Source: Psammoneis japonica | Taxonomy: Eukaryota | Assembly: GCA_008632985.1 (NCBI GenBank) | Contig: QPGO01000101.1 | Location: forward strand, 124,001-188,000 | Direction of reading: 5' to 3' | DNA: 64,000 bases | Part shown: positions 49,031 to 62,709 of the stretch, piece by piece | How the letters are laid out: the number at the start of each line of letters is the position of its first letter | Position numbering within the stretch: position 1 is the stretch's first letter | The notes under the pieces: generated by a model | The model's input: only the letters and a program-made list of their open reading frames with translations | Database searches by the model: none | What the model was told of the DNA's origin: nothing | Translations under genes and position numbers: made by a program

Positions 49031-52000
49031 GGCACATCAAGCATTTTCACTGTGCTCTTTGCACAGAATGACACACCCCACACAATCACTCTTCACTTGT
49101 TTGGCAACCACTCACTCACCAAAATTTCCAGCGGGATTGTGGGAAGACACATGCATGAGTGTGTTGCTGTGATCCTGCCACAAACAGCAGGCAGGTGTGA
49201 CCATTTTTTTCTGAGCAGACAGATGCAGCGCTGTGGACAACGTTGCAAAATGTGCACAACAGCCATCATGTTTTTTCTGGTCATCCCACTTGGTTTTTGA
49301 AAATGCACGTGTGCCCTGTTGTTGTTGAACACCAACTCAGCAGCAGTGCCAGACATCTGTGCAGGATGTGTGCAATGGCCGCAAATACCTTGCTTTCATT
49401 GTTGTGTGTTTTGTGCCAAAACCCACAAAATGTGACCTGCAGTGAGGATGCTTGTCAGCACAGATCAGAGGCCAATGAGAGACAGTGGTCTGTGCCCTCC
49501 CCCCCCTGTGCAAGTGAGGGGCATGGAAGAGGTGCCAGGGGATCCAAGCACAATCTCTGTGCGCTGCAAGAAGGGTGGTTGGCATCATGTGACAGTCAGT
49601 GAGAGCACCCACAAGCATGGATGAAAGATGACAGCCATGAGTTGAAGGGGGCTGCTGGTGCCAGCTCAACAAAGCAAGGCTGTGCAGAGTGGGGGAACAC
49701 ACGGGGCAGAAAACAACCACAGACACAGCAACAGGGGGCAAAACTGTGGCAGAGGAAACTCTGTTGTGGGGCATTGAACAAGACCTGCATGGAGCACTGC
49801 CGCCCTGAAACCACACACCAGCATCAAAAGTCATCAAGCTCATGCCCAGCCACTGGACACTCCAAATGCTTGCACACAAACCTTCCCTCATCTGAACTTG
49901 ACAGAGGAGGACATGGTGTTAGAGCAGCACATCTCTTTTGCAGCACGCCTGCACTGCAACTGGCAGTCATCAGTGTGGAAATGATGCGAGAGTGTTTGGT
50001 GCAGAATGGTGCAAGCCCCACTCTGTGACATGACCATGACCACATCTTCTGCATCATCTTTCAAGCTGACAGCAGACCAGCTCTTGTGTGGCAGAAGAAA
50101 TGAGTGAACGTGGTGCCACCAAAAACAAGGACAAGGATGAGAGCGGTGATGCAGATGAGGAAGCACAAAAGTTGGAGATTGACGAGTGTGATCCACTTGG
50201 TTGGGGTCTGTGGAGGATTTGCGATTTTGTCAGTTGTTGAAAAAAAAAACCAGCGCACATTCTTGTTGGACCATTCAATGTTGCACCAATGTTTTCCACC
50301 CATGAACAAGACACAGTTGACATCAAACATCCCACAAATCATGGGAAAATGATGCATTGCCAATGATGACACAGTGCTCCATCGCACAAATTGTCTCAAT
50401 GTGTGCTCAGGTGATTCTCTTTTGCTTGACAATCGCCAACAGTGCTCAATCATTCAGGACATTTGGGACAACACTGTTTGTCTTGGCATTTCTCAAGCAC
50501 TCATTGTCAAAGAACTTGCAATTGGTGTGCATCATTTTGTGTCTTGTGTTCAATTGCTGCAAGATTGTTGCAAGCAACAGAGAGTGCAAATGTGTTGGGG
50601 CAGCCAGCAGTGGAGAGGAAACTTCATTTTGGTGTGAATGCCAAGAGTGCCAGAGCAGAGCACCCACACATGAACCATGCCACACATACTCAGCACTTGA
50701 TCATTTTTGTCTTGGTTTGGTTGTTGCATGTTCGCCGCACATTGTCATGTGTGCTTGAATGAGGCAGCACACAAAATTTTCTCTTTTGACTCAGCATGGC
50801 TCAACAATCAACAGAAGTTGAAGGGGCATTTTTTTGGCTGAACAACATCAACAGAATCATTGTCAAATTTGGAGATGTCAACCTTGCATCATGAAGCCAA
50901 TGAAAGCATCACTTGTGATGCATGCTGGCAAAAATGAGGCTTTTTGGCAGTGAGCTTCTGAGTCAATCGAACAAAGCCATTGGCTCAATGCATGCTCCAC
51001 CACAATCAACATGGCAAGGAACCTTGTCAGGAGTCATTGATGCGTGCACACACCATTGTTTTTTCCATCAAAATTTTGTTGCTGGCACTCTTGTGATCTT
51101 CCATCCTTGACTTCAACTTGCCTTGAATTTTGTGCTTTGAAAATGTCCTGCAAGAGAACCTCCAGGACAGCACAGTGCACAAAGCCTGGCAAGGTGTTTC
51201 TTTGGTCTTCCAAGTGCACCATGTGGGTGCATGGTGCGTGTCAGATGGCAGATGTCAAATCTAAAAAAGACAGCTGCTGACAGCAGGGCAAGGGGCTGCA
51301 CGCCACCATGAGAAAAAACTGTGGCTTTGCACTTCAAAAGCACAGCATGCACACAGAGCCCCAAGGTGGAGCACTCAGAAGGTCTTCAGCAATCTTGAGC
51401 GCACTTCAACAGCAAGGATGCTTGGGGCATCTTGCTTTCTTGCATCTGATGACAAATCTGACAAAATCAACACCCCTTGGTTTTTGTGCAAAACTTCTTC
51501 CTGACAACAGTGCAAGAGCCTCCCTGCTTGCATGTGTGCAAGTTTTTGAGCACAAAAAGGCCACCCACATTGGCACCCCTCAACAAAAACACGACACAAA
51601 ATGATGGCACAATCTTTTCTTGCCAATCTTTCTAAAAAATGACGATGCACATTCTGGTGCCAGACACACTGACCACACACACAAAATGCACAGCAGCAAG
51701 CATGGCACACCAACAAGAGTGCAGTGCTGGCAAAAAAAACCTTTGTCACAGACTTGAGGTGTTTTCACCATGAAGTGGTGAGGTGCAGCCAGGTTTGTGT
51801 GTGCAACAAAAAAAAAACATGGTGCAAAAAACACTGGGCTCTGGCGGCAATTTTTGGCCGAGTTTGAGCCACAAAAAAAGCAGAGACCAACCACCCAAAA
51901 GAGAAAAAAAGCACTCAAGAGTAAAAAACAAGTCAAAACAAGAAAAGAGTGGTGTCAGCACAAACTCTGTGTGTGGCTCTTGGGGGTGACATCATGATTC
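48620..52000. other. TpA- and CpG-depleted degenerate (probably TE-derived) DNA
   Basis: Near absence of TA and CG; no recognisable family. Confidence 0.6.
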
Positions 52001-52205
52001 GCGTGGTCCATCCAGGAGAACACGGAATCCGGAATCCTTTTGATGCGTTGATTCCGTCGCAATGACGTTGCCACGCGCACCGTCAGCCCACCGTTCGTTC
52101 TGCGCCCATCCACACCAAACATCACACAAAATCTTTGTCGTTGTTGTTGTGCATTGTAGTGCAGTATTCACAATCACACCTTGTTTGGAATATTGACACA
52201 CAACC

Positions 52206-52745
52206 ATGTTTCGTACGCTGGTAAGTCATTGTTGTTGCTGTAGAGCTTTTTGAAAATGTGGAGAAAAAGATGAGCGTATTGCAACGATACGCAAATCGAA
52301 ACACTCATGGATTCCCATCGCGCACCGCCTGCATAAACATTCCTGGTACAATCTTGCGTAGATTCTACGTGAGAATCCTTCCAAGAAATTCGATTTTTTT
52401 TCCAACTCACACATACTTTTGTTTCATCTTGTTTTATAGAAAACGGCAAGCCGCACATTGGCACCTCTTGGAGATCGCATTTTGGTCCAACGTGCCGCCA
52501 AGGAATCCACCACAGCGGGTGGAATCATTTTGCCATCCGACACGACCAAGGACCCCAATGAAGGAACCGTGATTGCGGTTGGGCCCGGCGAACGTGATGT
52601 TTCTGGAACACTCCATGCTCCTACCCTCCAACCCGGTGATACTGTACTGCTTCCTGAGTATGGTGGTTCGAAAATTAAACTCGGAAATGAAGAAGAAGAA
52701 TTGTTTTTGTTTCGAGAGAGTGATATTTTGGGTAAATTTGAATAA
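52206..52745 (+). CDS. HSP10: Chaperonin 10 (Hsp10/GroES family), probably mitochondrial
   Basis: Exon 1 MFRTL (52206-52220), intron 52221-52439 (GTAAGT..ATAG), exon 2 KTASRTLAPLGDRILV..TAGGIILP..GTVIAVGPG..GDTVLLPEYGG..RESDILG. Confidence 0.95.
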
Positions 52746-53323
52746 AACAACAAAAACGAAAAACAAACGAGGATTAGGTAGTGATGTGTGTGTAAAACAT
52801 AATTTAGAACAAACATCTGAAGCAATTGCAATAGCAAGACTTGGTCTCCTTATCGAGTTGTCTTTGGTGCCGACACTAGAGCTATAGAGCCTCACGCTTG
52901 TGTGCTGCACAATCCGTAGCTAAAAAACGTACATTGACTCTACTCTAGTAGAGAGTATAGAGACGAGAGGTGTTTCGAGAGTAGTAGTATCTATCTTTTT
53001 GCAAATCGTTTTGGGCCGTACAGTGTTCCCGCATGCGCACATGAGCAATAAAAGTCTCAAATTTAAAAAAAATACAGCGTTCTCTCCTTATCGCCGGTTG
53101 TAAAAGGAATTCCTTTGATCTCTTCCTCTCGACGCATCAAAGCAGGTAAAAAGCGTGATGGATCCCACCGCAGAGTAATGACATTCATCTTGAACATACC
53201 ATCTTTTTCAAGTCGACGATGACCTGGTGTAAACATTGGCACTAAACATGAAAATTATGCCATTATGCATGTCGCTTCTATATATAGCTACCTCTACTAG
53301 AGCTAGCTCTCTACTACTAGCTA

Positions 53324-54236
53324 CTACGCATCCGGTCCATCATACGGTTCCTCTCCGGGACCACGATAGAAATGCAATGGACTACGGACACAATCACTGC
53401 CATATAACGACCCGTTGGATATTTCAAGGATCGTCGGAAAGCAACAACCACACGGGACAAACGGCACCCTTGGAGGGTGGATTGGTCGCTCCCATGCCTG
53501 CCGTGAGATCGGTCAAAATGTATCCCGGAGAACAGAATTAATTACCAGATCCGGTTCGGCCTTGGCGTGTAAGGCGGTATAGGCATTCAACAAGGCCTTG
53601 CTGACGCCGTAGGCGTCATTGTCGTAATCTTCTTTTTCAAAATACGATTTGGCCAAGTCATCCAATTCGGCAATGCCTTGACAAATTGATTGGGAGTGGT
53701 GAGTTTTTGTTTGAGTTGTTCATCCGTACATCGACTCAAAAAGTTGGGACCCGACGCACTCGCCACATTGACGATACGACCACCCGGTTTTTGCAATAAA
53801 CTGGAAAAGGCATCATTGACACGACGTGGACCAAAATAGTTTGTATCAATTGTTTCTTGAAACCACGGCCAAATCCAATTCCCGCATTATTGACAATTCC
53901 AAAGAGCTTTTGCCCGTCAAGTTTGGCAGCCGCCGCCTGGACGGATTCGTCGCTGGTGGTGTCCATTTCAATCATTTGCAATCGCTCTGGATTGCAATCT
54001 GGAATTTCCTCGAGTAATTCTTGTACGGCCGCTTGTCCTCGTGCCACATTGCGTGATGCCAACCACACTTTTACTTCTGGATATTGTTCCAAAATGGCCT
54101 TGCAAATGGCACGACCAATACCCTTGTTGGCACCCGTCACCAAGACTTGTTTTTTTGGTAAAGTACTTGACATGGCAGAAGCAATGGAAACGTTCAACAG
54201 TACAAACAACAACAACGGTAACAACAACAAGTTCAT
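53324..54236 (-). CDS. Short-chain dehydrogenase/reductase (carbonyl reductase-like) with N-terminal targeting peptide
   Basis: TGANKGIG, NNAG, IVNVAS and YGVSK (YxxxK). Needs several single-base frame corrections (~53860, ~53680 and further 3'). Confidence 0.85.
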
Positions 54237-54507
54237 GGCTGCAACAGTTTTTTGGGGGTTATTGTACTAACGCGTACGCAAACCCGTGTGTTGGATGGAG
54301 TTTTGCGACGGCCAGACTGTATGAGATCTACGCAAACTCTGCATAGAGACAAAATTTCAAAAAATGGTAACGCACGCGAAAGTAACGGCGGGCGAGCATC
54401 GCTCGGTACCCATGCTACAATACGCACTACTCATAGTCAACCCCCACCGTGACCTAATATCTTGGCATTTGCAACTACAAAACCAAACCAAAGCAACAAC
54501 AAACATT

Positions 54508-55718
54508 ATGAATAAACGCGTCACTACCAACAAGACTTTTTTCTTGTTGACGTTTCTATTGTTGCTGTCGTTGGTAGTTTGGCAACTCCTTTTGCTCTTG
54601 CATGTTACGGAAACAACGAGCAACAGCAACAACAACAACAACGACATGCTGTCTGCTGCTGCTCATAATTTCAAGACGTTACAAACCTTTACGGTCCATA
54701 ATGACTCAACAGCACTACTACTCAACAACAACAACTCTTCATTAGAATCACCACCCCCAACCTTTGACATGTACAAGTCACGCAACATTTCCTTGATTCA
54801 CGTTGGAAAAGCCGGTGGTGAAACGATTCGTACACGATTGGGTTTGTCACGTTGTCGTCTCGATGGCAACATGACGAGTAGTTTGTCAAATAATACTTTG
54901 GCCCATTCGATTCAATCGTGTCGTCATCACATTTGGCATGAAATTTCACAACGAGACAAATTACACGTCACGTCGTTTTTATTTTCCATTCGTGAACCCA
55001 TTGCACGCCTTGTTTCCGCCTTTAATTATGGTCATTATGGCAACAATCCTCATCACAATGCCTACCAAACCAAATTGCGACACCAATATGGCAATGTCTT
55101 TTATGCCTTTTATCATTATTGTTTTCCAACTATTGAGGAATTGGCAAATGCCGTTTCTCCAACAACAAATACAAACTATCGAGTCTTGGACAATCCCGAC
55201 CATTTTACGACCGCACAATGTCAACAATTGGGCAAGACGGCATTGAGTGGAAAGGGTTACAAAATTGTCGATCACATCACGAGAAATTATCAATATTATG
55301 CCCACCACACAATTTACAATCACGAATTTCAAAACAAAACAATATGGAAATCTTGGTGATTCGTACCGAACATTTAGATTATGATTTGTTACGATTACAT
55401 CGTTGGATGGGTGGTTCTGGTAGCAATCTTTGCAATGTCAAACCAACGACACATGGAAGTGAACATTTTCAAGTCAAGGGTGGTCTTTCTCCACGTGGTG
55501 CCATGTCGATTTGTTGTGCCATTTACAAGGATTTACAAGTCTATCAGGAACTTGTCAATGGAGCCACCAATTTATATGATGAGGAAAAAGATGAAACCAT
55601 GGCGGCATCCTATCAAGTGTGTGGTGTCAACAAGAGTATCAATAGGACATCCTTTTCGTGGTTGGCATGGTACAAGGAAACGTGTGGCTTGGACAGCTAT
55701 ATAATTGACATTGTGTGA
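54508..55718 (+). CDS. Type II membrane sulfotransferase-like protein
   Basis: N-terminal TM; IHVGKAGGETI (5'-PSB-like) and IREPIARLVSAFNY (3'-PB-like). One frameshift at ~55340 joins to ILVIRTEHL. Confidence 0.7.
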
Positions 55719-56127
55719 ATCTCTATCACGTGGGCGGTATTTGGGGGTTAGCCAACGGTGCTATGCACGATACTCGAGGTCAAGCTCGTCATTAGATTTG
55801 GAGGGCAGTGCCAATAGGACGTCTATTTCGTGGTTGATGTGGTTCAAGGGAGCGTGTGCTGTTGATTGATGGCTTGTTTTGTTGTGATGAAATCTCTCAA
55901 GTCGTCGGTATGGTTTTTTTTTTGTCAAGAGCTCGTCGTCAACTACTGTACTACTCTATAGGAGCGTCGTCGCGGCAGAGTGTCTCGTACAACCAATGAC
56001 GGCACAATACTATTATTAATGGATTGCAGGTTCCGACAAATCGCTATAATGCTCGTTTCGGTTTGGTTGCCGCAAACTCACGGCTGACCCCGACGAGAGT
56101 GGAACTATCAGAATAAACTCTAGAGTA

Positions 56128-56690
56128 GAACGACCCAAAAACCAACATTTGCCATACGACGGTAACAGCTTGCAAGCTATATAATGCTATAATTACACCC
56201 ACAATAATCCTCTCTGCATAGCGAGATATTTTCTATGCCTTTGCCAAGATGCGCGAGCAAAATGGCGTCATTACCTTTTGCCTGTGTAGAATTCGTCTTG
56301 GGGTGTGTGTTCCCTTGGCCTTATATTTGACATGTGTAGTGATGGCTCAAGCCAGTGGTATGAGGATTTGTCAATGGTACGAGTACTATGCACGTGACTC
56401 TCGCTATCAAGCTCGTCGTGCTGACAAATCGCTAATTGAATATATTTGCAGCAAACACACGGCTGAAAGCGATGACATCTATCAGAAAATACTCTCTACT
56501 GAACGACCCAAAAACCAACATTTGCCATACGACGGTAACAGCTTGAAAGCTAAATAATACAATCATGACAACTACACAATACTCCTCTCCACAAACAACG
56601 ATACGACATTATTTCTAAGCCTTTGCCAAGATGCGAGCAAAAATGGCATCACCTTCCGCCTGTAATTCGTTTGCGGATGCACCCTTGGCC
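56128..56690. repeat. Diverged duplication of the 3' end and UTR of the 56615-57489 gene (56128-56320 vs 56501-56690)
   Basis: gaacgacccaaaaaccaacatttgccatacgacggtaacagcttg, ttcta.gcctttgccaagatgcg and cccttggcctt each occur twice. Confidence 0.8.
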
Positions 56691-57489
56691 TTGAGTTGAA
56701 GATAAAGAGCAGAGGCTTCCTTTTCAATGCATTTCGCCTTGAGATCTGCCATTGTCTTTTCGATCGATTTGAATTCGGCCGCATCCTTTTCCAATGGCTT
56801 GAGATCCTCCTTGAGTTGTTCGAGACGAGACGTGGCAATTTCCTTTTCGCCCTTGATGCTGGCCACTTGTTCTGTTTTCTGGTTCTTGTCCTTGGTGAGA
56901 CGATCAATCACGCCCTGGTCTTGGGCTACAATGCCCTTTCCAAACAAGGTTTTGCCACGGAGTTTGGGTTTTTTGGCTTGCGAGTCCAATCCCGCATCCA
57001 ATTCGGCAATCGCCTTGGTGAGGGTCTGAATGTCTTGATCTTCCTTGTGAATTTGACTAGTGAGCTTTTTAATTTCCGCCTCACACGCACTCGCCTTGGC
57101 GGTGCCGACTTTAGTGCTTCCAGTTCAGGTTGCATTTGCTTGTACTGACGAGCACGTGCCAGCGACGATTCTTGGGGATGTTCGGGATCGGGAACCAACA
57201 ACACCATCTCGTCCGATTTGTGCTCGACGCAAAACTGAGGATACGAGCCTTCATCCTTGAATCCATATTCGGACGGCTTGTCACAACGAGGATATTCGCA
57301 TTCGTACGAAATTTCCGGTTTTTCGGGTTCCTTTGTTTTTGCTTCTTCTTGCTTCTTAGCAGCTGCTGCTTGTTCTTCTTGTTGCTTCTTTTGAGCCGCT
57401 TGAGCTTGTTGAGCGTGATGGGCACGAGCCACACGTGCAGCAGGAGGTCCACGGCCACGACCACGTCCAGGTCCACGTCCAGGAGGCAT
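56615..57489 (-). CDS. Coiled-coil protein with RG-rich N-terminus and EsV-1-7-like Cys motif
   Basis: MPPGRGPGRGRGRG; CEYPRCDKPSEYG..PQFCVEHK..MV; C-terminal coiled coil. Frameshifts between ~57020 and ~57110. Confidence 0.65.
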
Positions 57490-57993
57490 AGCTACGATGA
57501 GGAGGATACCTTGCAGAGAGAGGAGAAGCACACGAATTGTGTGAAGTAGGAAGTATGAAGTATGTTTGATGTGCGGATTGTTCCATGTTGGAGGTTGGAT
57601 GGAGAGAATGCAAAGAATCGAAAAGATCTCATGTCAAAATGAGATCCTTCGTATGACAACGGTCGTAGAAATGATGTAGAAAAGACAAATCTTTTCGCGC
57701 GATTAACAACATACAAATTTATTTATGTATGAAGGGTAACAAACAACGTCATCTATTAAAATAATTAAAAATTATATATACATATAAACGTCGATCGCTT
57801 CACAAAATGAAACGGCAAAACGAGTCGATTGAAGCAAAACCCAAAACGCCAAAGAGGCAAGGTCATCATCTGTGCTTGTCAAGCAACTTATAAAGAATGA
57901 AGCGGTAAGAGTAATGATAAAAGAGATGAGCAGGAGCAGCGTGTTTCGTTTCGTGTCATTGCATCTGCTTTCTCACGCGACAGTGCTTTTTGT

Positions 57994-60900
57994 TTGCACG
58001 TTTTCGACGAAATCATTCTTCACAAAAGAAACGCATGGCTTGTTGTCATTGCAACGGCGCTGCTCTTTGTCACAAATGTCAATCATGATCCCACCACAGT
58101 CGAGTGCTGCATGGCAAGTCCCTTTCCCTTTCAAATGAGACAACCCAACAGAACCAAGACACCCAAACTGTGGCTTCGCGGCGGACCACAATTTCATTGC
58201 CTCGAGGATGAGCACGGGTGTGCCTGCATGAGAAACAGTCAAGGCGAGGTTGTTCATGCCATGCAAAGTGACAATGTGTCATCTGATGGTTGCGTGTTGG
58301 GTCCGAGTGCCATGAAATTGGGAGACAGTGACGATCTAACCACGTTGGGAATTCGCAAAGGCCTCTTTCAGGAAGAAATGCAAAAAAAGTGCGGACGCAT
58401 GTGCAAACATTACGACAACGAAGGTCATCCAACAACGAGGCATTGATTGACAAACAAGCATGTTGCAAAGCCTCTCTCACTTCAAAAGAATTTGGTCATT
58501 TTGATTCGGTTTTCCAGCCACAAAGGGCGGAGGCTGCCGACGGCCGACGATGCAAATGCACTGTTCAACAAGCGAGGGGGGGACCCAATGTTGGCACCCA
58601 CGGGAAGCATCCGAGATGTCTGTAATCAGACTTCTTGTGGAAATTTAACGTTGGAAAGCATTGTCCATGGATGGGTGTGATGCTTGACAAGGTCAGTCGA
58701 CTTGAGCGCGTAGTGAATCCAATTTTCGTCGCAACGAGTTACTGTGTGCTCACCATATCATTTTCTCTTTTCCACATTTTTTAGACGGAACAATACTACG
58801 CCGACAAAAGCAGTGGCCTTTCCATTGTGTTTGTGCAAGCACTACACGATGCACTGGACATTGTCGACAGGGATGTCAACTTTTCGTTTCGTAGTGTCGA
58901 CTCGGACGGCGACGGAACGGTCGACGCCGTCACTCTACTTCATTCTGGATATGGAGCCGAGTGGGGAGGCGAGGATGCTGATGGTCATGATTCAACGGAA
59001 CGGATATGGTCTCATAAATGGTCCATGCCTTCTTCTCTCCATTGGTATAGTAGCCGTGAGCGTATACGAGTTAACAAGTACAATGTCAACCCGTCCCTGT
59101 GGGGACTACGCGGTGGAGAAATTGGTCACATTGGAGTCATTTCACACGAGCTAGGCCATGCAATCCTATCTCTTCCTGACTTGTACGATGGAGTCGGAAA
59201 CGGAGGTACAAGTGGACATGGCATTGGGTCGTACGGTCTCATGAGCAACAGCTGGGGTTTCGATGGGACGCAGTACTATCCTCCAATCATGTCGCCATGG
59301 AGCAAGATTCAAATGGGATGGCTCAAGCCCAAGTTGATCACAACCGAGGGTACATTTACAATTGAAGCGTCAGCCTTTACACCCGACGTTTACCGGATCA
59401 ATCTCAAAAATGACCCTCAATCCTCCGAGTACCTTCTCATTGAGAATCGACAAGCTGCAAGTTTTGACGCCAAGCTGCCACAAGGAGGACTTGCAATCTG
59501 GCACATTGACGAAGAAGCTGGGCATTACAGAAATGGCTTTCCGTCACAAAGCGGATGGCCTCAAAACGGAAATCATTATCGTGTAGCATTGCTGCAGGCG
59601 GATGGGAGGTACGACTTGGAACGAGGCCGCAATCGCGGAGATGAAAATGACTTGTATCATGCCGGCGGGATCACATACATTGGCCCATCGGACGCAATCG
59701 GACCATTTCCAAACACCGACTCGTATCAAGATGGAATTGTTACAAAGTCTGGCATTATGATCCATAGCATCAGTCGTGCCAGCAACGTCATGAGATTCGC
59801 CGTCTCGTTTGTGGACAATAAGAGCGCACCACTCATGCTTTATACCGAGGAACCAACCACCCGACCCACGCCTATTCCAACTTCGAAACCAACCCGTATC
59901 CCGACTACGCCGTTCCCAACTATCGGGCATGCTGTAAGTAAAGAGCTTGCCACGTCCTTTCAAGGAGACAAGGGTGCCTCGGGCTGCATGTTTGACGTCC
60001 GACCGCTCAACAGCTTGTATCTTGATGGAATGGACATTCATACCGACTCGACTGGGTACCTTTTGATTGAGATTTGGACCAAGCCGGGAACGTATAAGGG
60101 ATTCGAGACAAATAACAGTGAATGGAGTTTGGTCAACAAAGAGGTGATGCGGGGCAAGGGATTGGGAAATCCGAGTCCAGTACCTTCCTTTCCGTCCATG
60201 AAAGTGGCGGCCAACCAATCCTTCTACGTGGCTATTCGGACAGGCGGACAAGTCTATTCCACCGCTCATGGGCAGCCAAGTAGTAGTGGCAACGATAAGG
60301 TGTATGCCTCGAATCAAGACATTCAAGTTCTGGAGGGTATCGGAAAGAAGGGTTACTTTGGCCGAAGCAACCGCAACCGACAGTGGAATGGCGTTCTGCA
60401 CTATACGGTGGGTGCTGGCAATGACCGCGACTCTACGCCGGCTCCAACCACTGCAAACCCAACGCCACGTCCCACACCAGCTACCAAACCATCAACTTGG
60501 AGACCATCGTCACGTCCCACACCGTTACCGCCAACAACATCACGTCCAACAACAATACAAGGAGAAACAACCTTGCCTCCATCTACTGCATCATCAATGA
60601 AAAAGATTTTAACAACCTTTCAAGGTAGAGATGAACAAGCCGGAATCATGTTTGATATGGTTGCCTTTCACCACGTCACCATTACGGGTATCAACGTTCT
60701 GATGACCACGTCGACGTCGTCGTCCGCCAGCATCGACTTTTTGGAAGTTTGGACTAAAATGGGCAGTTACAAGGGTTTTGAAACCGAATGTGTAGCATGG
60801 AGACAAGTGGGAGTCACCACCATTCGTGTTGTTGCTGCTACGACTAGTAGTAGCACCCAAAGCAGTAGGTCTCGTCGTCGACGACGTATCGTTTCGAGCA

Positions 60901-61718
60901 TTACCCTGCAGCAGCCGGTTCCCATTTTGCAATACCGTGTACAGGCCTTTTATGTCACCATCAAGACTGCTACAGATGATAAGGGAATCATAATGCTCAA
61001 CTGTAGTCCGGGTACGGGACGAAACAAGGTTGCAGCTCACGACGAGAATCTTGCAATTTTGGAAGGAATCGGAATATCCTATCCTTGCAGCGGCAACAAT
61101 GCCGTTACTACTGAGAGCCGAATAATCTTGAATGGCATGATTCAGTATTTGCCCTTGATTGATGACGAAGTAACGCCCTTGCTGCCCACGCCTCCACCGA
61201 CTCGTACGCCAACCAGCAGCACCCATAAAGAACTCATGACCACCTTTTTTGGAGGCAAGACGGGTGAGGGGTGTATGTTTCACGTGATTGCCAAACAATA
61301 CAGAATTTCCATTACTGGATTTCGACTTCATCTGGATACCCTAAAGGAGGTCCCGTATGAGATTTGGATGAAACGTGGAACCTACGTTGGGTTTGAAATC
61401 AACCGCAAAGCTTGGACGCGAGTCGCTTGGGGAACCGTCCAAGGACGAGGTCGTGGCCGGCAATCATCGCCGCTTCTTTTGCATAGTGATGGATTATTAG
61501 TGGTAGAACCAGGCACCATGATTGCATTTTACATCACTTTAACAGAAAGCAAGATGCGTTATACCAATGCCAATAAAATGAAACAGCATGCTGGTTCCAA
61601 CTCGGATTTGATCATTACCAAGGGTGTTGGGAAATCCTATCCCTTTGCTATTACGTACCGTGACCGTGTCTGGAACGGAGTATTGATGTACAACACAAAT
61701 GATAGTATTGCTCCGTAA
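57994..61718 (+). pseudogene. M6-family (InhA-like) metalloprotease with three C-terminal repeat domains; exon 1 hypermutated
   Basis: Exon 2 (58785-61718) is intact: HELGH..LPDLYD, GLMS, YLLIENRQ. Exon 1 (to 58691) has the M6 pro-region (QP..TP, NLVILIRFS.H, GSIRD) but a TGA at 58444 and Cys/His at expected Tyr sites. Intron 58692-58784. Confidence 0.8.
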
Positions 61719-62709
61719 AAAGAATAGACATTTTTCCTTTGACATTTACGTCGTGAAATAGGGGAGATTTGAATCGTTATTTTGTGTTGTTGTTTCCAGT
61801 CTTGCTCGGCTTATTGAGATACCGATACGTGTTAACAAAAAAAGTAAAGTAGCAAAACCTGAATGAACTGCAGTTGATAACACACACAAGCCACAATTCC
61901 AATCCAATTTTTGTTTCTTCTTCTTTATACGTGTCAACTCGAACGTTTGGCTCTCGGTATCGCTCTCATGTTCAAAGTGTTGAGAGACTTGCTCCGTTTG
62001 CTGCTTCTGTGTGTGTGTGTTGTGGCACTGAAAAAATCCATCATCACGTTGTGTTTTTGCAGCAATGTCCCACAACATGAGCTCACGGTTGAATAATATC
62101 AACACAACCTGAATGACGAATGACGAGCGCACGCATGATCATGGCCGGCTCCAATCACCACCACATGATGTGTGTTTTCAACTGCAAATTGTCCAGCGTT
62201 GCATGATGCGCATTTACAGCATAATGTGCTGCAGAAAAAGAACAAAAGCACAAGCGTCTCACAATGAGCGACGGCGCCACGCACCTCCCGCTGCCATCAT
62301 GCTACCGGCGGACTCAACCGGTCCCGCTGCCTCAACCGGTCCCGCCGGCTGACTGACGGACGCTCGCTAGAATTAGCACGCACGTAGCCCTACGCACAAG
62401 CCGCCGCGATGGATGAGTTTGAGAGTGCCGCCACAACGCAATGATAACGCAAAGCGACTTCTTCTCGAAGGACATGCGATACAATCCTACCCTTGAAGAA
62501 AGCTAGAATACTAGAAGCTATACAATCATGTCTCTAAAGAACAACAAAATGCCACAAGTCTGTGAGTCATTTCAATGGATTGCTTGTCGTCGTCAACGGA
62601 CAACGCCGAAGATGCCGCGATGAGTCGAAAATCACAAAAAAATTGATCTCTTACCTTTTGCGCCAAGTTCTACTCTAGAGTGGCACTGTAGCACTCTAGA
62701 GAGTAGTGG

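Noticed and set aside
1..52000. Dense overlapping Cys/His-rich, Tyr-free ORFs in all six frames within the degenerate blocks
   Set aside because: A by-product of TA loss, which removes TAA/TAG stops and Tyr codons. They are not genes or novel metal-binding proteins.
27300..57110. Single-base frameshifts in the G8 copies, SDR, sulfotransferase-like and coiled-coil genes read as pseudogenisation or programmed frameshifting
   Set aside because: Most fall in short homopolymers or CCGG-like contexts with conserved sequence on both sides, and each G8 copy is correct where the other is shifted. Long-read indel errors are the most likely cause; needs read-level checking.
56615..57489. Viral insertion suggested by the EsV-1-7-like motif
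   Set aside because: A single motif in a host-like gene with no viral hallmark genes nearby; the motif also occurs in algal host proteins.
59544..61331. Long antisense ORFs (59544-60401, 60609-61331)
   Set aside because: Shadows of the M6 protease coding strand with no independent motifs.
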